DNA from: the human T2T-CHM13v2.0 reference genome, Homo sapiens
DNA: 64,000 bases
NCBI RefSeq assembly: GCF_009914755.1
Contig: NC_060926.1
Reading direction: 5' to 3' (one strand)
Position 1 is the stretch's first letter. Each line of letters opens with the position of its first letter. Of the stretch, positions 18,918-33,108 are shown in pieces. The notes under the pieces were generated by a model. That model was not told the origin of the DNA. It searched no databases and was given only the letters and a program-made list of their open reading frames with translations. The translations under genes and the position numbers were made by a program.

Positions 18918-21044
18918 ATTTCCCACACAAAATCCACCTTTGTCTGGAGACTGAACATGCAACTTTCAAACCTCACTTTGGAAGAAAAGATCTTACATCC
19001 TACAAAACTGCCTTGGACTGACAAGTGCTGCCCTGGGCTCCAGAGGTTTCCCCAGGTCTTGAGTTGCCTGTCTGCCCATAGACCTCCCTGGCAGCCGCTA
19101 GCAGGCACTCTAGAGGAGCTGGATCGGGGTGGCTGCCCAGCTCTGGATATGCCAGTCCCTGGAAACTCTCCATGGTTCTAGCTGCCACCAACAATCTCTC
19201 CTTCCTGAGAACACAGTTAGACTACCTCTCCTGGCCTGTTTTGCAGCTAAGAAAATCCCAACAACCAGCTCTTGCCAACAGAATATGAGTGGAAGTGGTA
19301 CATACCCCTTCTAGATCATCCTCATGTCCCTCTGACAACCAGATGCAGGCAGCAACAAGGTCCTAGAACTCTAAAACCACAATTTGACCATGTATTTAAA
19401 TGGACTTGTGCCATCCCACATAAAGACTTCCATCTCAGTCCTAGAATCATAATCACACTGATTGATTTATTCTCTGTCCCCCATGGCTGCCCCTCCAGTG
19501 CACACCCTCCCTAATTTTCAGGCCTTCACACAAACCATTTGTTCTTCCTGCAGGCCTTGGGTTGCCTCTCATGCCTCTCACTTGGCTAATTCAGCTTGCC
19601 CTCCAGGTCTCAGTGTAAACATTAGTGTCTGCAGGAAACACTTTTTGGTTTCTCTAGGCCTCCCCTCCTGTGGACATTCCCCAGAATAGCCATTTTTGCT
19701 CTGCTTGTAATTGTCAAAATAGTTGCCTTTACTCAACAAATATTTATTCAATTCTTGCTATGTATCAGACAGCGACTGTGTCTCAGGAATCTTTCTATTC
19801 CTAGCAAGTAACACAATGCCTGGCACTTTGTAAGTAGTCAATTAATGTTTATATTGAGAATATGGGTGAATTTTAAGTCTTCATTGTCTAGTATTTCACC
19901 AGTTACAAAGCAGGTACTTCATGGATATTGAGTAAACAGATGAGTAAATGAAAGAATGGTTTAGGAAGGTAAATAATACAATTAGGAAAGGGAAAATGTG
20001 TTCCCTGCTTGGGTTGTGCCGAAAGCTGAGAAAAAGCTTAAAATGCAACGTAAAGAAAAGGCAGGGGGGAATTTGAGACAATATAAAGTATAATAATGTT
20101 ATGAAAGAATATCTATCCACTCTGTTTGCACCTTGGGACTGCTGGCTAATTTGTACCAAGGGGCAAGACACCGGGAAGACATAGCCTTGCTTCCTAAGGA
20201 GGGTGCCTGGTGTCCTCTTTTGGAAAGTACCACATCCACCCTGCTGTGGAGGGTGGCAGCCCTGCCTGTCCCATGAGCTGTCAATCCATGAGATGCCAGC
20301 ATCCTGTAAAGTCCCCAGATGAAAACTGTGTCTCCTTAGCCAAGCCAAATGGATTACTTACCTCTGTTTCTATGTATGTAGAATCTGAAATGGGAAATAC
20401 AAATGGAAAATCAGGAGTTTGGTAATGGGAGGTGAGGCTGGCAGGATGTATGGAGAGAGCACATAAGGTTGGAGGGAATGAGGTGCTTCCAGAGTCAATG
20501 TTAGGAGGACTCGGCAGCTACATAGAGGCAGAAGCCCAAGGCAGAAGAAAGCTACATGGGGTGGGAGATGAGAGGACCAATATGCAATCAGCAAAGAAAG
20601 GCCTTCAGCCACACAAACTGAAGAGTGCTAGAGTCAGATCTACAAACTCACTCTGCCGGGGGGAAGGAGCACGGCCCAGGCCTAGAGCTGCCGTGGATCC
20701 CAAATGCCTGTCCAGTTTGGATCTCTGGGAGGCCTGGCTCTTAGCTTTCCCCAGGATCCCGTCTCTTTTAAAGCAATGTGTATTCTTACAGCAAATTCCC
20801 ATTACTTGTGGGTGGTTGAGAGGATCTTACATTCTTTAACATCCAAAGGTTCTGTCATACCATCCACATTTTCAGACAGGTTGGTCAGATTCATTAGATG
20901 GAATCCTACCATCCGGATTGCTCAGAACCCCAGCCTAGGGGGCTGTGACTCCATGTGGGAGTCTGAACCTCCTCAAGGGGCCTCAGCTAAGCAGCAAGGG
21001 GGTGGAGAGAGCAGCTCAGAGCTCAGGGACACAGAGCTTCTGCA

Positions 21045-21370
21045 CTCCGCCCCTCTGCTGGTCCTGACTTCGGAGACTTAGAAATGGGCTGTCCTCAGCG
21101 GTGCTCTGACTTCAGGAAGCCAGTGAACCGGTGTCTGAGTCACTGCAGTTAGCTTGAGTCTCTCCCAGACCCAGCCATTCATCCACATCAAATAAAGACA
21201 GTCCAGGCCCCAGCTGGGCCTGCCCCGGGGCACCTCACAACACTCCTGGGAGAGGAAATCCTGAGTCAACCTGGCTGGGAACCAACTGGAAACCAGGGAC
21301 TTTAGTCATGGCTGTCTGCTCTTGGGCGGGCCTTGCTGTGCTACCTGCTTCATCTGAAGTACCGGTGACA
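21045..21370. promoter_or_regulatory. Candidate enhancer (AP-1/SMAD/ETS/GRHL/GC-box motif cluster)
   Basis: TGAGTCA at 21136-21142 and 21262-21268, TTAGTCA at 21302-21308, GTCT/CAGAC boxes, AACCGGTG ~21126, GC boxes ~21045 and ~21324. Confidence 0.4.
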
Positions 21371-21711
21371 AGTCTTCCACCTCCAGGTGTCTTTCTGTGA
21401 AAACGTTTCATTGCGAGTAGCTAAAAGAAGGCAAGGTAAATGGCTGCTTTGTCTCTGGGTCTCACTCTGAGGTAGCTCCAAAGCCTTGCACAGTGGGTTG
21501 TTTGCAGAATTCTGTGGCTGACTTGTGGTTGTACATAACAGGGGGAGCAAGCAACCTGGAAGTAGATACAGTTGTTCCTTTTTTTGTGACCTTCAGAAAG
21601 ATTCCCTTAAAGAAGACTTTCCTGTCATCCTTGTTCACAATGCCCACAGGATGCTAAGTGCTAAAGAAATGTTTTGTGGCCTAGGCCTTACATTCTAGGC
21701 TGGAGTTTCCT

Positions 21712-22219
21712 TTTTTGTTTATTTTGGTAAAATTTACATAACATAAAATGTAGCATTTTAACCATTTTTAAGTATATGATTTGGTGGCATTAAGAGCATT
21801 CACACTGTTGTGCCATCCTCACCACTGACCATCTCCAGAACTTTTTCATCAGCCCAAACTGAAACTCTTCACCCATTAAACAATAACTGTCCATTTCCCC
21901 TCCACCAACCCCCAGCACCCAGCATTCTACTTTCTGTCTCCATGAGTCTGACTACTCCAGGTGCATCACATAAGTGGAAACATATTTGTCCTTTTGTGGG
22001 AATGGCCTATTTCATGTTAGCATAATGTCTTTAGGGTTCATCCATGTAGTGGTATGTGTCAGCATTTCCTTCCTTTTAAAGGCTGAATAATATTCCGCTG
22101 TATGGATATACCACATTTTGATGGCTTAATCATCTGTCAATGGATGTGCTGTTTCCAGCTTTTGGCCCTTGTGAAGAGTACTGCGATGAACATTGGCATA
22201 GGGATATCCATTTGAGTCC
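21712..22219 (-). mobile_element. L1MB-type 3' end
   Basis: 'aaaatttacataacataaaatg...cattcacactgttgtg...ttccttccttttaaaggctgaataatattcc'. Confidence 0.88.
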
Positions 22220-22451
22220 GGCACTTACTTTTTAAAGCCATCATGATGCCCATAATGGGAGGAAGCTGAGTGTAGTGGGAAGAGTTTGGTTTTGGACGTA
22301 GGGAGTCCTGGGTTCAAAATTGCAGTCCTGCCAGGTCCTCCTGTCTATCTGTGGGGAGAGTGTTTATCTCTGAACACTTTACTTTTGAGACTATGAAAAA
22401 GGGATAATATCCACCTTTCAGTAATATGGCGAAGATTTCATTACACCATTT

Positions 22452-23101
<650 letters not shown>

Positions 23102-24154
23102 GTTTCACTTGGGATGCATGTTTATTGTTGCTCATTTTAGTGAGAACTTACCAAGTGCCCGGCATCATTCAATATTGTATTAGGGTAGCCCTATTTTGTT
23201 CTCACAAGGCCCCAATAAAATGGGGACTATTCTATTTTCATTTACCAGATAAGGAAACTGAGGCATGGAAAAGTTACACAACTTTCCCTCACTGCTCAGA
23301 AAACAGGGCCCTGGAGACAGATCGCTACCCTCCCACCTGAGTTCAGAATCACCCTGCAAACCGCCTCCTGGTAGATAAGAGATGTACAAAGAATCATCAA
23401 AAAGATGCCAACAAGAAGTGAAATTCCACGAGGAACTTGAAAAATATGTTCGCCTGTCTATCTCAGGGCTCTGGTTCCAGCTCTAGCTCTGTGTCTAGTG
23501 ATTTCCTTTTGGGTTTGTTTGTTGCTTATCCTGTAGATCATTGGCTGCCAAAAACGAGACAAAGATGTGGTCCTGGATTGTACCATCTTTCTCTGCTTTA
23601 AAGTCAGTACAAATCACTTAAAAACAAAATGAAACAAAACATGTTGCCTGGCCCTTCAGGGGAAGCTGAGCCTGCTGGTCAGGAGCCAGGGCCTGGCATT
23701 GAGTCCAGGAGAGCACGACTGTGGGCATTTCCTGTGGTCGGGAGATGACTCAGGATGAACTCCGGCCTCTGAGCCACAGGCAGCCCCGGCACTTCACAGT
23801 TACCACCCACACCCCACCCTACTCTGGAGCCTGGCAGTCACACTGCCAGCTACAGGGAGCCTGTCCTGTGAGTTAGGCCTGCTCCAGAGGCCCATGCAGT
23901 CAGGGTTCAGAAATTATATTGAAGTCTAAAAGAATTGAACTCTTTCTGTCTTTTAGTTTGTGGAATAAATCCAAAGACGAGATTTTCCAGAAAAATACCA
24001 TTGGATGTGAATTTATTCTGAATTGACTCTGAGAACTAGACTCGTTAGGCCCCTTTTTCCTATCTGTGAAACAAATAGCAAGACGTCACATGAACAAACA
24101 CTGATTGCCGAGTGGTTCACTCATTCACAGCTTGCAGAGCTGCTGAGCCTTCTT

Positions 24155-24960
24155 TTTTCATTTACTCATTTATTGCTTCAGCAGCCGCCTGTGGAGACCC
24201 CACAATGGACCAGGCACTGTTCTGAGAGCACAGTGTTGATTAAAACCGACAGGGTCTCTGCCTCATGGAGCTTACATTCCAGTGGGAGAGACAGACAAGA
24301 AACACACGAACAAATAAAGATGTCAGATGGTAACAAATGCTGAGAAAAATAAAGGATGGCAAGGGGTCAGAGAGTGGCCAAGGTGGGGTGGCCAGCAAAG
24401 CCTCTCTGCTCAGGTGGTGTTTAGGCATAGCCTTGGGGAAAGGAGGGAGGGCATCGCAGGGCTCTCTGGAGGACAAGCAGTCCTGCCTGTGGGAAGAGCA
24501 AGTGCAAGGTCCTGGTACGGGATGGTTTGTGGACAAGCAAGGTGGCGAGCGAGGCTGAAGCAGAGTGAGTAGGTGAACTCAAGGAGTCCAGAGGAGATGA
24601 GCCAGACAGGCAAAGGGAAGAGGGCAGCTCATGAAGGAGGGGTGGGTTCGGGGGGGCGATGGTCAGGGCTCCAGATTTGTATTCTGAGTGAGAAGGGAAG
24701 CTTTTATGGAGTTTTGGTTGGACATGATGTAGCTTATAAGGTGGCAAGTATGCACAGACTATAAGACGATAAGGATGGAAGCTGGGGGGCCTTATTGCAG
24801 GCTGTTTCAGCAGAGATTATGACAGCTTGGTCTATGGTGGGAGTAAAGGAGGAAGTGAGAAGTGTTTGGATTCTGGATATATTTCCAAGATAGACACGAT
24901 TTACAAACAGATTCCTCATAGGGAGGGAGAGAAATCAAGGGATCAACGATGACTCTAGCA
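24155..24960 (-). mobile_element. L2 LINE fragment
   Basis: 'caggcactgttctgag...ctctgcctcatggagcttacattccagtgggagagacagac...ggattctggatatattt'. Confidence 0.8.
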
Positions 24961-25552
24961 GTTATTGAGGCCCTGAATCAATAACCCCACCATCACCACC
25001 AGGGTTCTCCAGCTGTTTCAGAGAGAGAATACCATCTGCTCATCAGCAGAGTCATCGGGAGCTCTAATCTGCTCTAACAACTTGGAGGGTCATGAGGAGT
25101 CATAACTCTGCAAAAAGCATTCCATGGTAGAACCAGAAAGGTCTGAACTATGCAGGCCAGTGCTGTATGGAGACTGTTTGTATGCTGTGTTAACATTCCT
25201 TCAGTCCAGTGGAGGTCTGATTAGCCAGCATCTTCTGTTCTGGAATTCCCCATGACTTTTTGGTTGCAAAAGAAAACCTGGAAAATCCCTGTGGTCCTCT
25301 AGTTCTCTCTAGCTGTGCTGATAGACTAATTGGGGTTAGTTTCAGTAACAAAAGTCTCCCCTAACAGAATAAAAAAATACTCCTCTTAAGAAGGCAGAAG
25401 AGATGGGTATATTTTCTTTTAAAAACTCCTTGGAAAGTGGAAGGACTTCAAACTTCTTTTGACCTTAAAGATGCAATTTATTCAGCTGCAACAATAGGGA
25501 AAGTTCTAATCCTTTAAAAAGCTGGGAGAAATGGTGGCCAGTAATTATTATC

Positions 25553-25803
25553 TTTTTATTGTTGTTTTTTTAGACAAGGCCTCACTCTATCACTGGGCTA
25601 GAGTGCAGTGGCATAATCCTAGCCTCACTACAGCCTTAAACTTTGGGGCTCAAGCGATCCTCCCACCTCAGTCTCCTAAGTAGCTGGGCACATGCCACCA
25701 TGCCAAACTAATTAAAAAAATTTTTTATAAAGATGGAGGTCTTACTTTGTTGCCCAGGCTGGCCTAAAACTCTAGATCTCAAGTGATCCTCTTGCCTCAG
25801 CCA
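25553..25803 (-). mobile_element. AluJ-like element, truncated
   Basis: 'gagtgcagtggcataat...ggggctcaagcgatcctcccacctcag...ttgcccaggctgg'. Confidence 0.9.
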
Positions 25804-26320
25804 GTGATCATGTTTGAGGCACATCCTTGGGCGGGTCCGTGGAGGATTTATTACTTTTAACTGCCATTTTATGGAATTTTCTGATTGTTTCAGATGCATA
25901 CTCAGTGAATCCTGTCAGTAAGTTTTCAGGGAATCAAATAGAGTAAAGGATTGGGTATGAGGTGAACACCCTAATCGTTAAAAAGGCTAAACAATAAATT
26001 ATTCTAACAAGCTAATCAAAATGGCATTAACCTGGTGATGTCTCAAGACTTGGAAGTGGAGAAAGAAGAAAAGCCTTTAAAGCAAATTCAGCTGGCCTCT
26101 AATTAAAGACGGTGTGTCAGATTTTTACACCACAACAGACGTAACGAATCTATATATTGTTGGGCATAATTACTTCCAGACAAAAAGCGGCTCCGGTGAG
26201 CAGTCAGATGTGAGGCTTGTTTGGGGAAGTATGAAAACCACCTGCCTGGGCTGCAATCTCTGTTGCGTCCTGACTACTCTGGCTGGAACTTTGCTGCTCC
26301 TGAGCCCAGGGCCCTTTCCT

Positions 26321-26335
26321 GGCACCCCCTAGCGG
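26321..26335 (-). promoter_or_regulatory. Candidate CTCF site
   Basis: Minus strand CCGCTAGGGGGTGCC, close to the CCASYAGRKGGCRSY core. Confidence 0.5.
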
Positions 26336-28324
26336 TTGAGGGTGTAACAACCGAGGCATGATGAAGCGAGAGGCTCACAGTAGTTTCAACATTTATTAAA
26401 GGAAGGAAATGAATCATTTTCTTTATATCAAGGAGTTCGATGTTTTAAAGTTTCAATCAAAACACAAATAGGAAAGTTTTTTGATAAAAGACAATTGCTG
26501 TTAGTTGCAAATATTGGGGGAGGGGCAAACATTCCCTATGCGTTGATGAAATTAAGTTATCTTGGACACCAATAGAGTAAGGCTCAGCAGCATGGAAAAG
26601 GCAGTTGTCAGCCCTGGTCTCAGTCCAGACCTTGGTGGATTGATTATTGGACATTTGTGGCATGGTATAGATTGGTCTTGAAATTGTTTAGGCCCTATTA
26701 GGCAACCAAAGATTAGGAAGACAGGATTTAAACGTTAACCAACAGAAGGATTTATTTTTATGAATGTTGCTGGAGGAGGAGCACAGCTTCCTAAAATGTG
26801 ATCTGAAGTGAGCTGTTAATCCTTGCCCTGATAATGAAATGCTCCTGCAGTTTATTTAATATAGACTATTAAATCTTCCATCAGAAACTCACAATGTGCA
26901 TTATAACCTATTAAACACTTCAAGAAGCCCCACAGGGAAGAAAATTGTTTACTTTTGTTTAACAATTAAACAAAAAACTATTTTCATTATCCTATGATAA
27001 TATTGTAGTCAGATTTCTTAGGAAAAGGCGGGTGTGAATTCATGTGTTTACTGCTGCCTTTTTTGTGCATTCTGCAATTCAAAGATCTTTCAAGATGGGT
27101 TTTCCAGGAGACGATTCATTTTCCCAGGAAAGCCCAGAGAGGAGGTCCATTTTGATAATAGTTCAGATAAAACACTTGCAATAGTGATGGCTCATTATAA
27201 ATTTCTGGACTCAGACCCAGCCTTATAACCTAGTATAGTTAACCTAGTGACTATAGCCCAGATACTACAGTTTTATTACTGAATGACGTAGACTGGTTTT
27301 CTTTGCGAAATGAATTTCGAATACGGCTATCTATTGTTTTCCTGTATCTTCTGGGCAGAGGATCCCAGTTGCTGCTTGCATCTGCCCTTGGTCTCTTTCT
27401 TTTTGGTACAATAGCCTGTCCTCAAGCTGTCATCTGCCTGTCTGTCCATCTACCCATCTTACTTGCAGAAGGTCCAGAAGAGTAGCTCCGTTAAGGAAAC
27501 AGCATTCTCTTCCTAAGGTAGGAAGCATCTCTTCAGGTGAGAAAGTGTGCAGCATTTTTTCCAAACTTGGATTTTCTGCTGCTTTCTTATGATGCAGGCA
27601 TCAGGCAAGGTGGGAGCAATCTGAATGAGTTTGGCTCTCTTCTGTTGACACCGTCATTCTTAAAATGACCAGTTTTATCAAGAGTGTGCTTCTTTCATTG
27701 TTGCAGTAATCTGAATGAATGTATATGTATATATATGGTCATTTGTCCACCTCCTGGGGTCAAAATAGTATATAAGAGTCACTGCAATTCATTCTGCTTG
27801 GTTTTCTAAGGAAAAAGTAAAATATGATGTAGGTGTTTTAAAAATGGAATCCAGTAGCAGATAGGAAACAAAAAGGAGATATATTTGCAATTTGTGAGTC
27901 TTTCTCTTTTTTTCCATTTTTCTCAGATAAACAAGGTAGATCTTGTTTGCATGAGCTACATGCAATTACAGTAGTAGTCAGAGTCACAGTTTGAAAAGAT
28001 CTAAAAACCAAGAAACACTGAGGCATGAAACAAAGTTTAGTTACTACATTGGCTTTACTTAGCTTTGGAATGAGTCAAAATTACAGTTATAATAACATTT
28101 TCAGACAACCTTACTCTAAATATGTCACATCATCTCACTTAAAAAAATGATTTAGCCTGTTTCATGGAACATTGCAAGTACGAATTCCTTGTTCCTGATA
28201 ACAGCCCTAAAACAATAATAGCGAACAATGTCTCTTATAATATGCCAAACACTGTTATAAATCTTTATCACAATGTGAGGTGAGGTACTGATATTTTCCC
28301 CATTTAAATAATAATATGTAATTT

Positions 28325-28815
<491 letters not shown>

Positions 28816-29143
28816 GGCTCCTCTTGAATTCTCCCCATTTTACAGAAGAAAAAGAAAATGACTCAGGTTAAATAACTTGGTCGCAGTCTCATAGGCACTA
28901 AGCGGAAAAGTTGGCCTCAAATCCAGGCAGTCTGATGGTAGGCAGGTGGTTAACCTTAATACTAAACTATCGTTACCTTAATAGTGTTATTCAACTTGAA
29001 TGACTGATTTGTCCAGGCAGCAGAGCAGCAGGGTAGTGTGCACACCTGACCCAGGGGGCTCCGCTGGTAGTCAGGGACTGGCCAGAGTCACATGGGCAGT
29101 TTTCAGTACTAGAACTAGAACAACAGCTCCGATTCTCAGAGCG

Positions 29144-29551
29144 TTGGGTGGCCTAAAACAACATAAATCAATTTTCTGACACACGGTTCAGGGAACCAGA
29201 AGCCTGAAAGCAAGCTGTCTGGAGGCTCTGAGGGAGAAGGGGTTCCCTCCCCCTCCCTAGCTTCCGGGGGCTGCCGGCACTTATTGGCATCCCTAGACTC
29301 GTAGATGCATCATTTCGATGCCTCGTCTTCACATCTTCTCCTCTGGCGTTCTCCTTCTCTGTGTCTTTTCCTCTTCTTATAAGGACACTTGTCTTCGGAT
29401 TTAGGACCTACCCAAAAAATCTGGGATTATCTCATCTCAAGATCCTTTACTTAATTACATCTACAAAGACGCTTCTTCAAATAAGATTCCATCCACAGGT
29501 TCTGGGAAGGTGAACCTATATTTTGGATGCAGTCGTCATTCAATCCACTAC
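29144..29551 (-). mobile_element. MaLR LTR (MLT1B/C-like)
   Basis: 'gggtggcctaaaacaacataaat...ggaggctctgagggagaa...cttcttataaggacac...ttaattacatctacaaagac...attcaatccactac'. Confidence 0.8.
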
Positions 29552-30547
29552 GGGGGCTAGAAGTGCTCAAAGGGTTGTTGTGAGGATAAAATTAAATAGA
29601 ATTACATGTGGTACTTGCAACAGTAGGCATGTTTTTTAAAATGACAGCCATTTTTATGATTACTCTTTTCTACAATATGAGTCCTCCTGATGCAAAAGTT
29701 TCCAAAATGCAATAAATTCGTTCATCCATGCCCAGTTTATACGACTATTATTCATTTTAATAATTGCTTTATATTACAGTTTGTAGTTTCTAAGTTTCTA
29801 ACACTTGGTCCTGCCAGGAACTTCACAAGGCTGTGTGAATTCAGCCTCTTTTTTCCCTTTTCTTGGTGGCCTAGGTAGTGGTGAGCTGGGGGGCACCTTC
29901 GGTCCACACTTTCAGCTAACAACACTTGTCAGAAACACACACTGACATATGATCTTCTCATGAAGCCAGGGTCTTGATGAATGAATCCCTTGTCTGTTGC
30001 GGATGTGGGTAGACTTGCCACAGAAAAGCAGCTGGACAGCTTCAGCTGTTGCTCAGCTCTGTGGTCACCCTCTGTGGTTGCTGGGTGCTGCATGCTCCTT
30101 TTCTGCTCCAGATCTTTATTGAAGGGACAGAATTCCATCTTGGGGCTGAGCATGGACCCCCACCCACCCCACGGTGCATTACTGCTCCATCCCTTGCCTG
30201 GGCTGTGTTCTGCAGTCACGCCTGGCAGTACAGGACTCTGAGCTGGCTTCAGTGAATTCCTTCTGCATTTGTCACAGAGTGTCCAAATGTTAGAGCAGGA
30301 AGGGTGAGCCAAGTCCAACCCACTCATTGTCTCTCCATTCCCTTCTTCACACCGTTGTTGAGTAGATGCACTGAGCATCCACTTTAGTAAGGCATGATGC
30401 CAGGAGCCACTTATGGTGGCCAGCAAGCACCATGGGCAAGCAGTGGGGCACCCCACACCTCCTGAGGAGCTGTCCGTGTGGTTTCCAGTGAGTGTTGATG
30501 GTTTATGTGTTACCTAGAAAAAAACCTTTAATACACCCATTTTAAAG

Positions 30548-31049
30548 ACCTGGGTTTATCTGCTGATAGAACTTGAGGAGTCTTTGATTTTGGAAGGGGG
30601 AAAAAATTGCATCTTCATTTGCAGTAAGCCCAGAGTGAAATTAAACATTTTCTTCCGTTACAAATGTAGACAACAAACCACTGTAATATTAGCAGTACTT
30701 GGAACTCTCACCAACAGGAATTACACATATTTTTCACATCACTTTACAGTTGTTGCAGATATCTCAAAATGTTGTCAACGCTTAGCACTGTGTCAAAATC
30801 ACAGTGTTCATTAGCTCTGCCAGTGACCTTTTTATTTAAAGTGTTAATAAAGAGGTACATGTGTTACTATAATGTAAATTTGTTTTTCAATAATTTGATA
30901 ACCATGTTTCAGTCTAATTGGCTTTCTTTCTAATTGTATGTAGTTTATTTTAGGAATTTTAAAACATTATTTTTTTCTGAAAAGGGATTCATAGCCTGCA
31001 TTAGACTGCCAGAAAAGCATATGGCACACAGAACAAGTTCCGAACCCTT
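30548..31049 (+). mobile_element. hAT-Charlie non-autonomous element (Charlie4a-like)
   Basis: 'tgtagacaacaaaccactgtaatattagcagtac...ttacagttgttgcagatatctcaaaat...agactgccagaaaagcatatggcacacag'. Confidence 0.7.
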
Positions 31050-32802
31050 AAGTAAGGAAAGGACACTAGTCATGTAAGCCAAGGACCCTATTTTTAGACC
31101 CTCCAAATCCTGCTGAAAAGCTCTTCCTCCTTTTATCTCTGAAATAATATTGAGACATGTGCTATACAGTTTCAGGTCACATAACTGTTCCTGGATCACC
31201 CAACTAAATGTACAGGTTTTCCCTGTGGAAAGTAACAAACATAACCTGGGTTTCCAGAGTAGGGTATAGTACTTGGGAATTACTTGATCAACTTTTACTT
31301 CCCTTGATATTAGTTAGGCTGATACTTCCAGATTTTTCTTAACTACAAAGTTAAGAGAGACCCTGGGTTTTGAGAGAGTACAGAAATGAGTCCTGTCAAT
31401 GACTGGAAGGTTGAAAATTAAAACATCGTAAAGAAAAGTTTAAACAATTTTTATGTACCTAATTAATGCATTGATTTATGCATTTATCTTAAATTCAACT
31501 TTTCTTCAGCCCACACTTTTTTACTTTTATTGTAGATATAACACCTTGACCTCTGGACTCAGACCCAGCCCTTGATCTAGTAACTGTAGCCCAGGTACTA
31601 CAGTTTTAGTACTGAATGACCTAGGCTAGCCCACCACTAAATGACCTGTGGTGAGCCACATTTGCATTTCCATGTGTCAGTCCATGAATGAACATCTTAA
31701 ATATTAGCTATTGTATATAGTCCTCTCTGGGTGGCCCACACTTCCATTTGGTGAGCAGTGCCATCTTTGTTCAGGCAATAAATTGAATATTGTGTTAAAT
31801 TAAATACATTTGGTTGATGTGATTATTTCAAGTAATTGGATGGGAAAGATAAAGGTGTGTGAATACTATTTGCAAGAAGAGATGTCATGAACTTGGAAGT
31901 CATTAGGTTGAAAGCAGCACACACTTAGCCTCGTGGATGCCCACTGAACGGAAGAGAAGGGTACAATTTTAAAAACCTATAGAAACACACCCCTGAAGCC
32001 CAAGTAAAGGGTGGGATGGAATTGGGGGTGTAAAAGCTTTTAACTCTCTGGAACAGACTCTTTATTCCCTTATTCCATGTCCCCTTAGAGCAAACTTTTA
32101 TACCCTTAACTTCCACACATGCTTCAGAAAACAGCCTGTCTGCTTTTGACAAGCAATTTAAAAAATTCACTCTTCCAACCTCCACCTCCCTAAATGGTAG
32201 TCATAATTTTTGTACCCAAAAAATTATTTCCATCACCCCCTAAAACCTGCTCAGCTCCATACCAAGCTTCTTAGCTCATAGGTAGGCGATGAAGTGGTCT
32301 TCAACCCACTTTAGCCTTTAAGTGGTCGGACATCTCCCAGCCCTTTCCCTCCACTCACATGTTATGCAACTGGCCAAAACACTCTTTTTATAGGTCAACT
32401 GTCTTTGATGAGTTTCCATAACCTACAGAACAAAATCCAAATAACTTAACCTGACATTCAAAGCCTTCCATAACTTTGCATGACTTCCATAACGTGCATG
32501 ACTCACTCTCCTGTGAAAGCAATACCTCCCGAAAAATAGATTCTTTTCCCATTTCCCAAACAACCCATTTTTTACCAGCATAGAAATACCTGCTCCAACC
32601 CACCACATCTGGTTAGATTATACTTATCCTTAACATCCTTAACTGCCAAGATCATGTCTAATATCTCTTCAAGTATCTTTGGTTAAAATGCCTGTCCTAT
32701 GTGAATTTCCAGAGTCCTGAATATGTTATTCAGTTGGGACTTTTTATGAACTATGTTGAAGCTGTGACATATGTTCTTTAACTAAATTGTATTTTAATTT
32801 CT

Positions 32803-33108
32803 GGTTTTTGTTTGTTTGTTTGTTTGTTTGTTTCTCAAGACAGGCTCTTGCTCTGTTGCCCAGGCTGGATTGTGGTGGTGTGATCATAGTTCACCACACC
32901 AGGCTGAAGTGATTTTCCCACCTTAGCCTCCCAAGCAGCTGGTACTACAGGTGCGTGCCACCATGCCCAGCTACTTAAAAAAAACATTGGTAGAGATGGG
33001 GTCTCTGCCTGTTGACCAGCCTGGTCTTGAACTCTTGGGCTTAAATGGTCTGCCCACCTCAACCTCCCAAAGTGCTGAGATTACAGGTGTAAGCCACCAT
33101 GCCCAGCC
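32803..33108 (-). mobile_element. AluJ-like element with (TTTG)n tail
   Basis: Reverse Alu; TSD tattttaatttct at 32790-32802 and 33110-33122. Confidence 0.93.
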
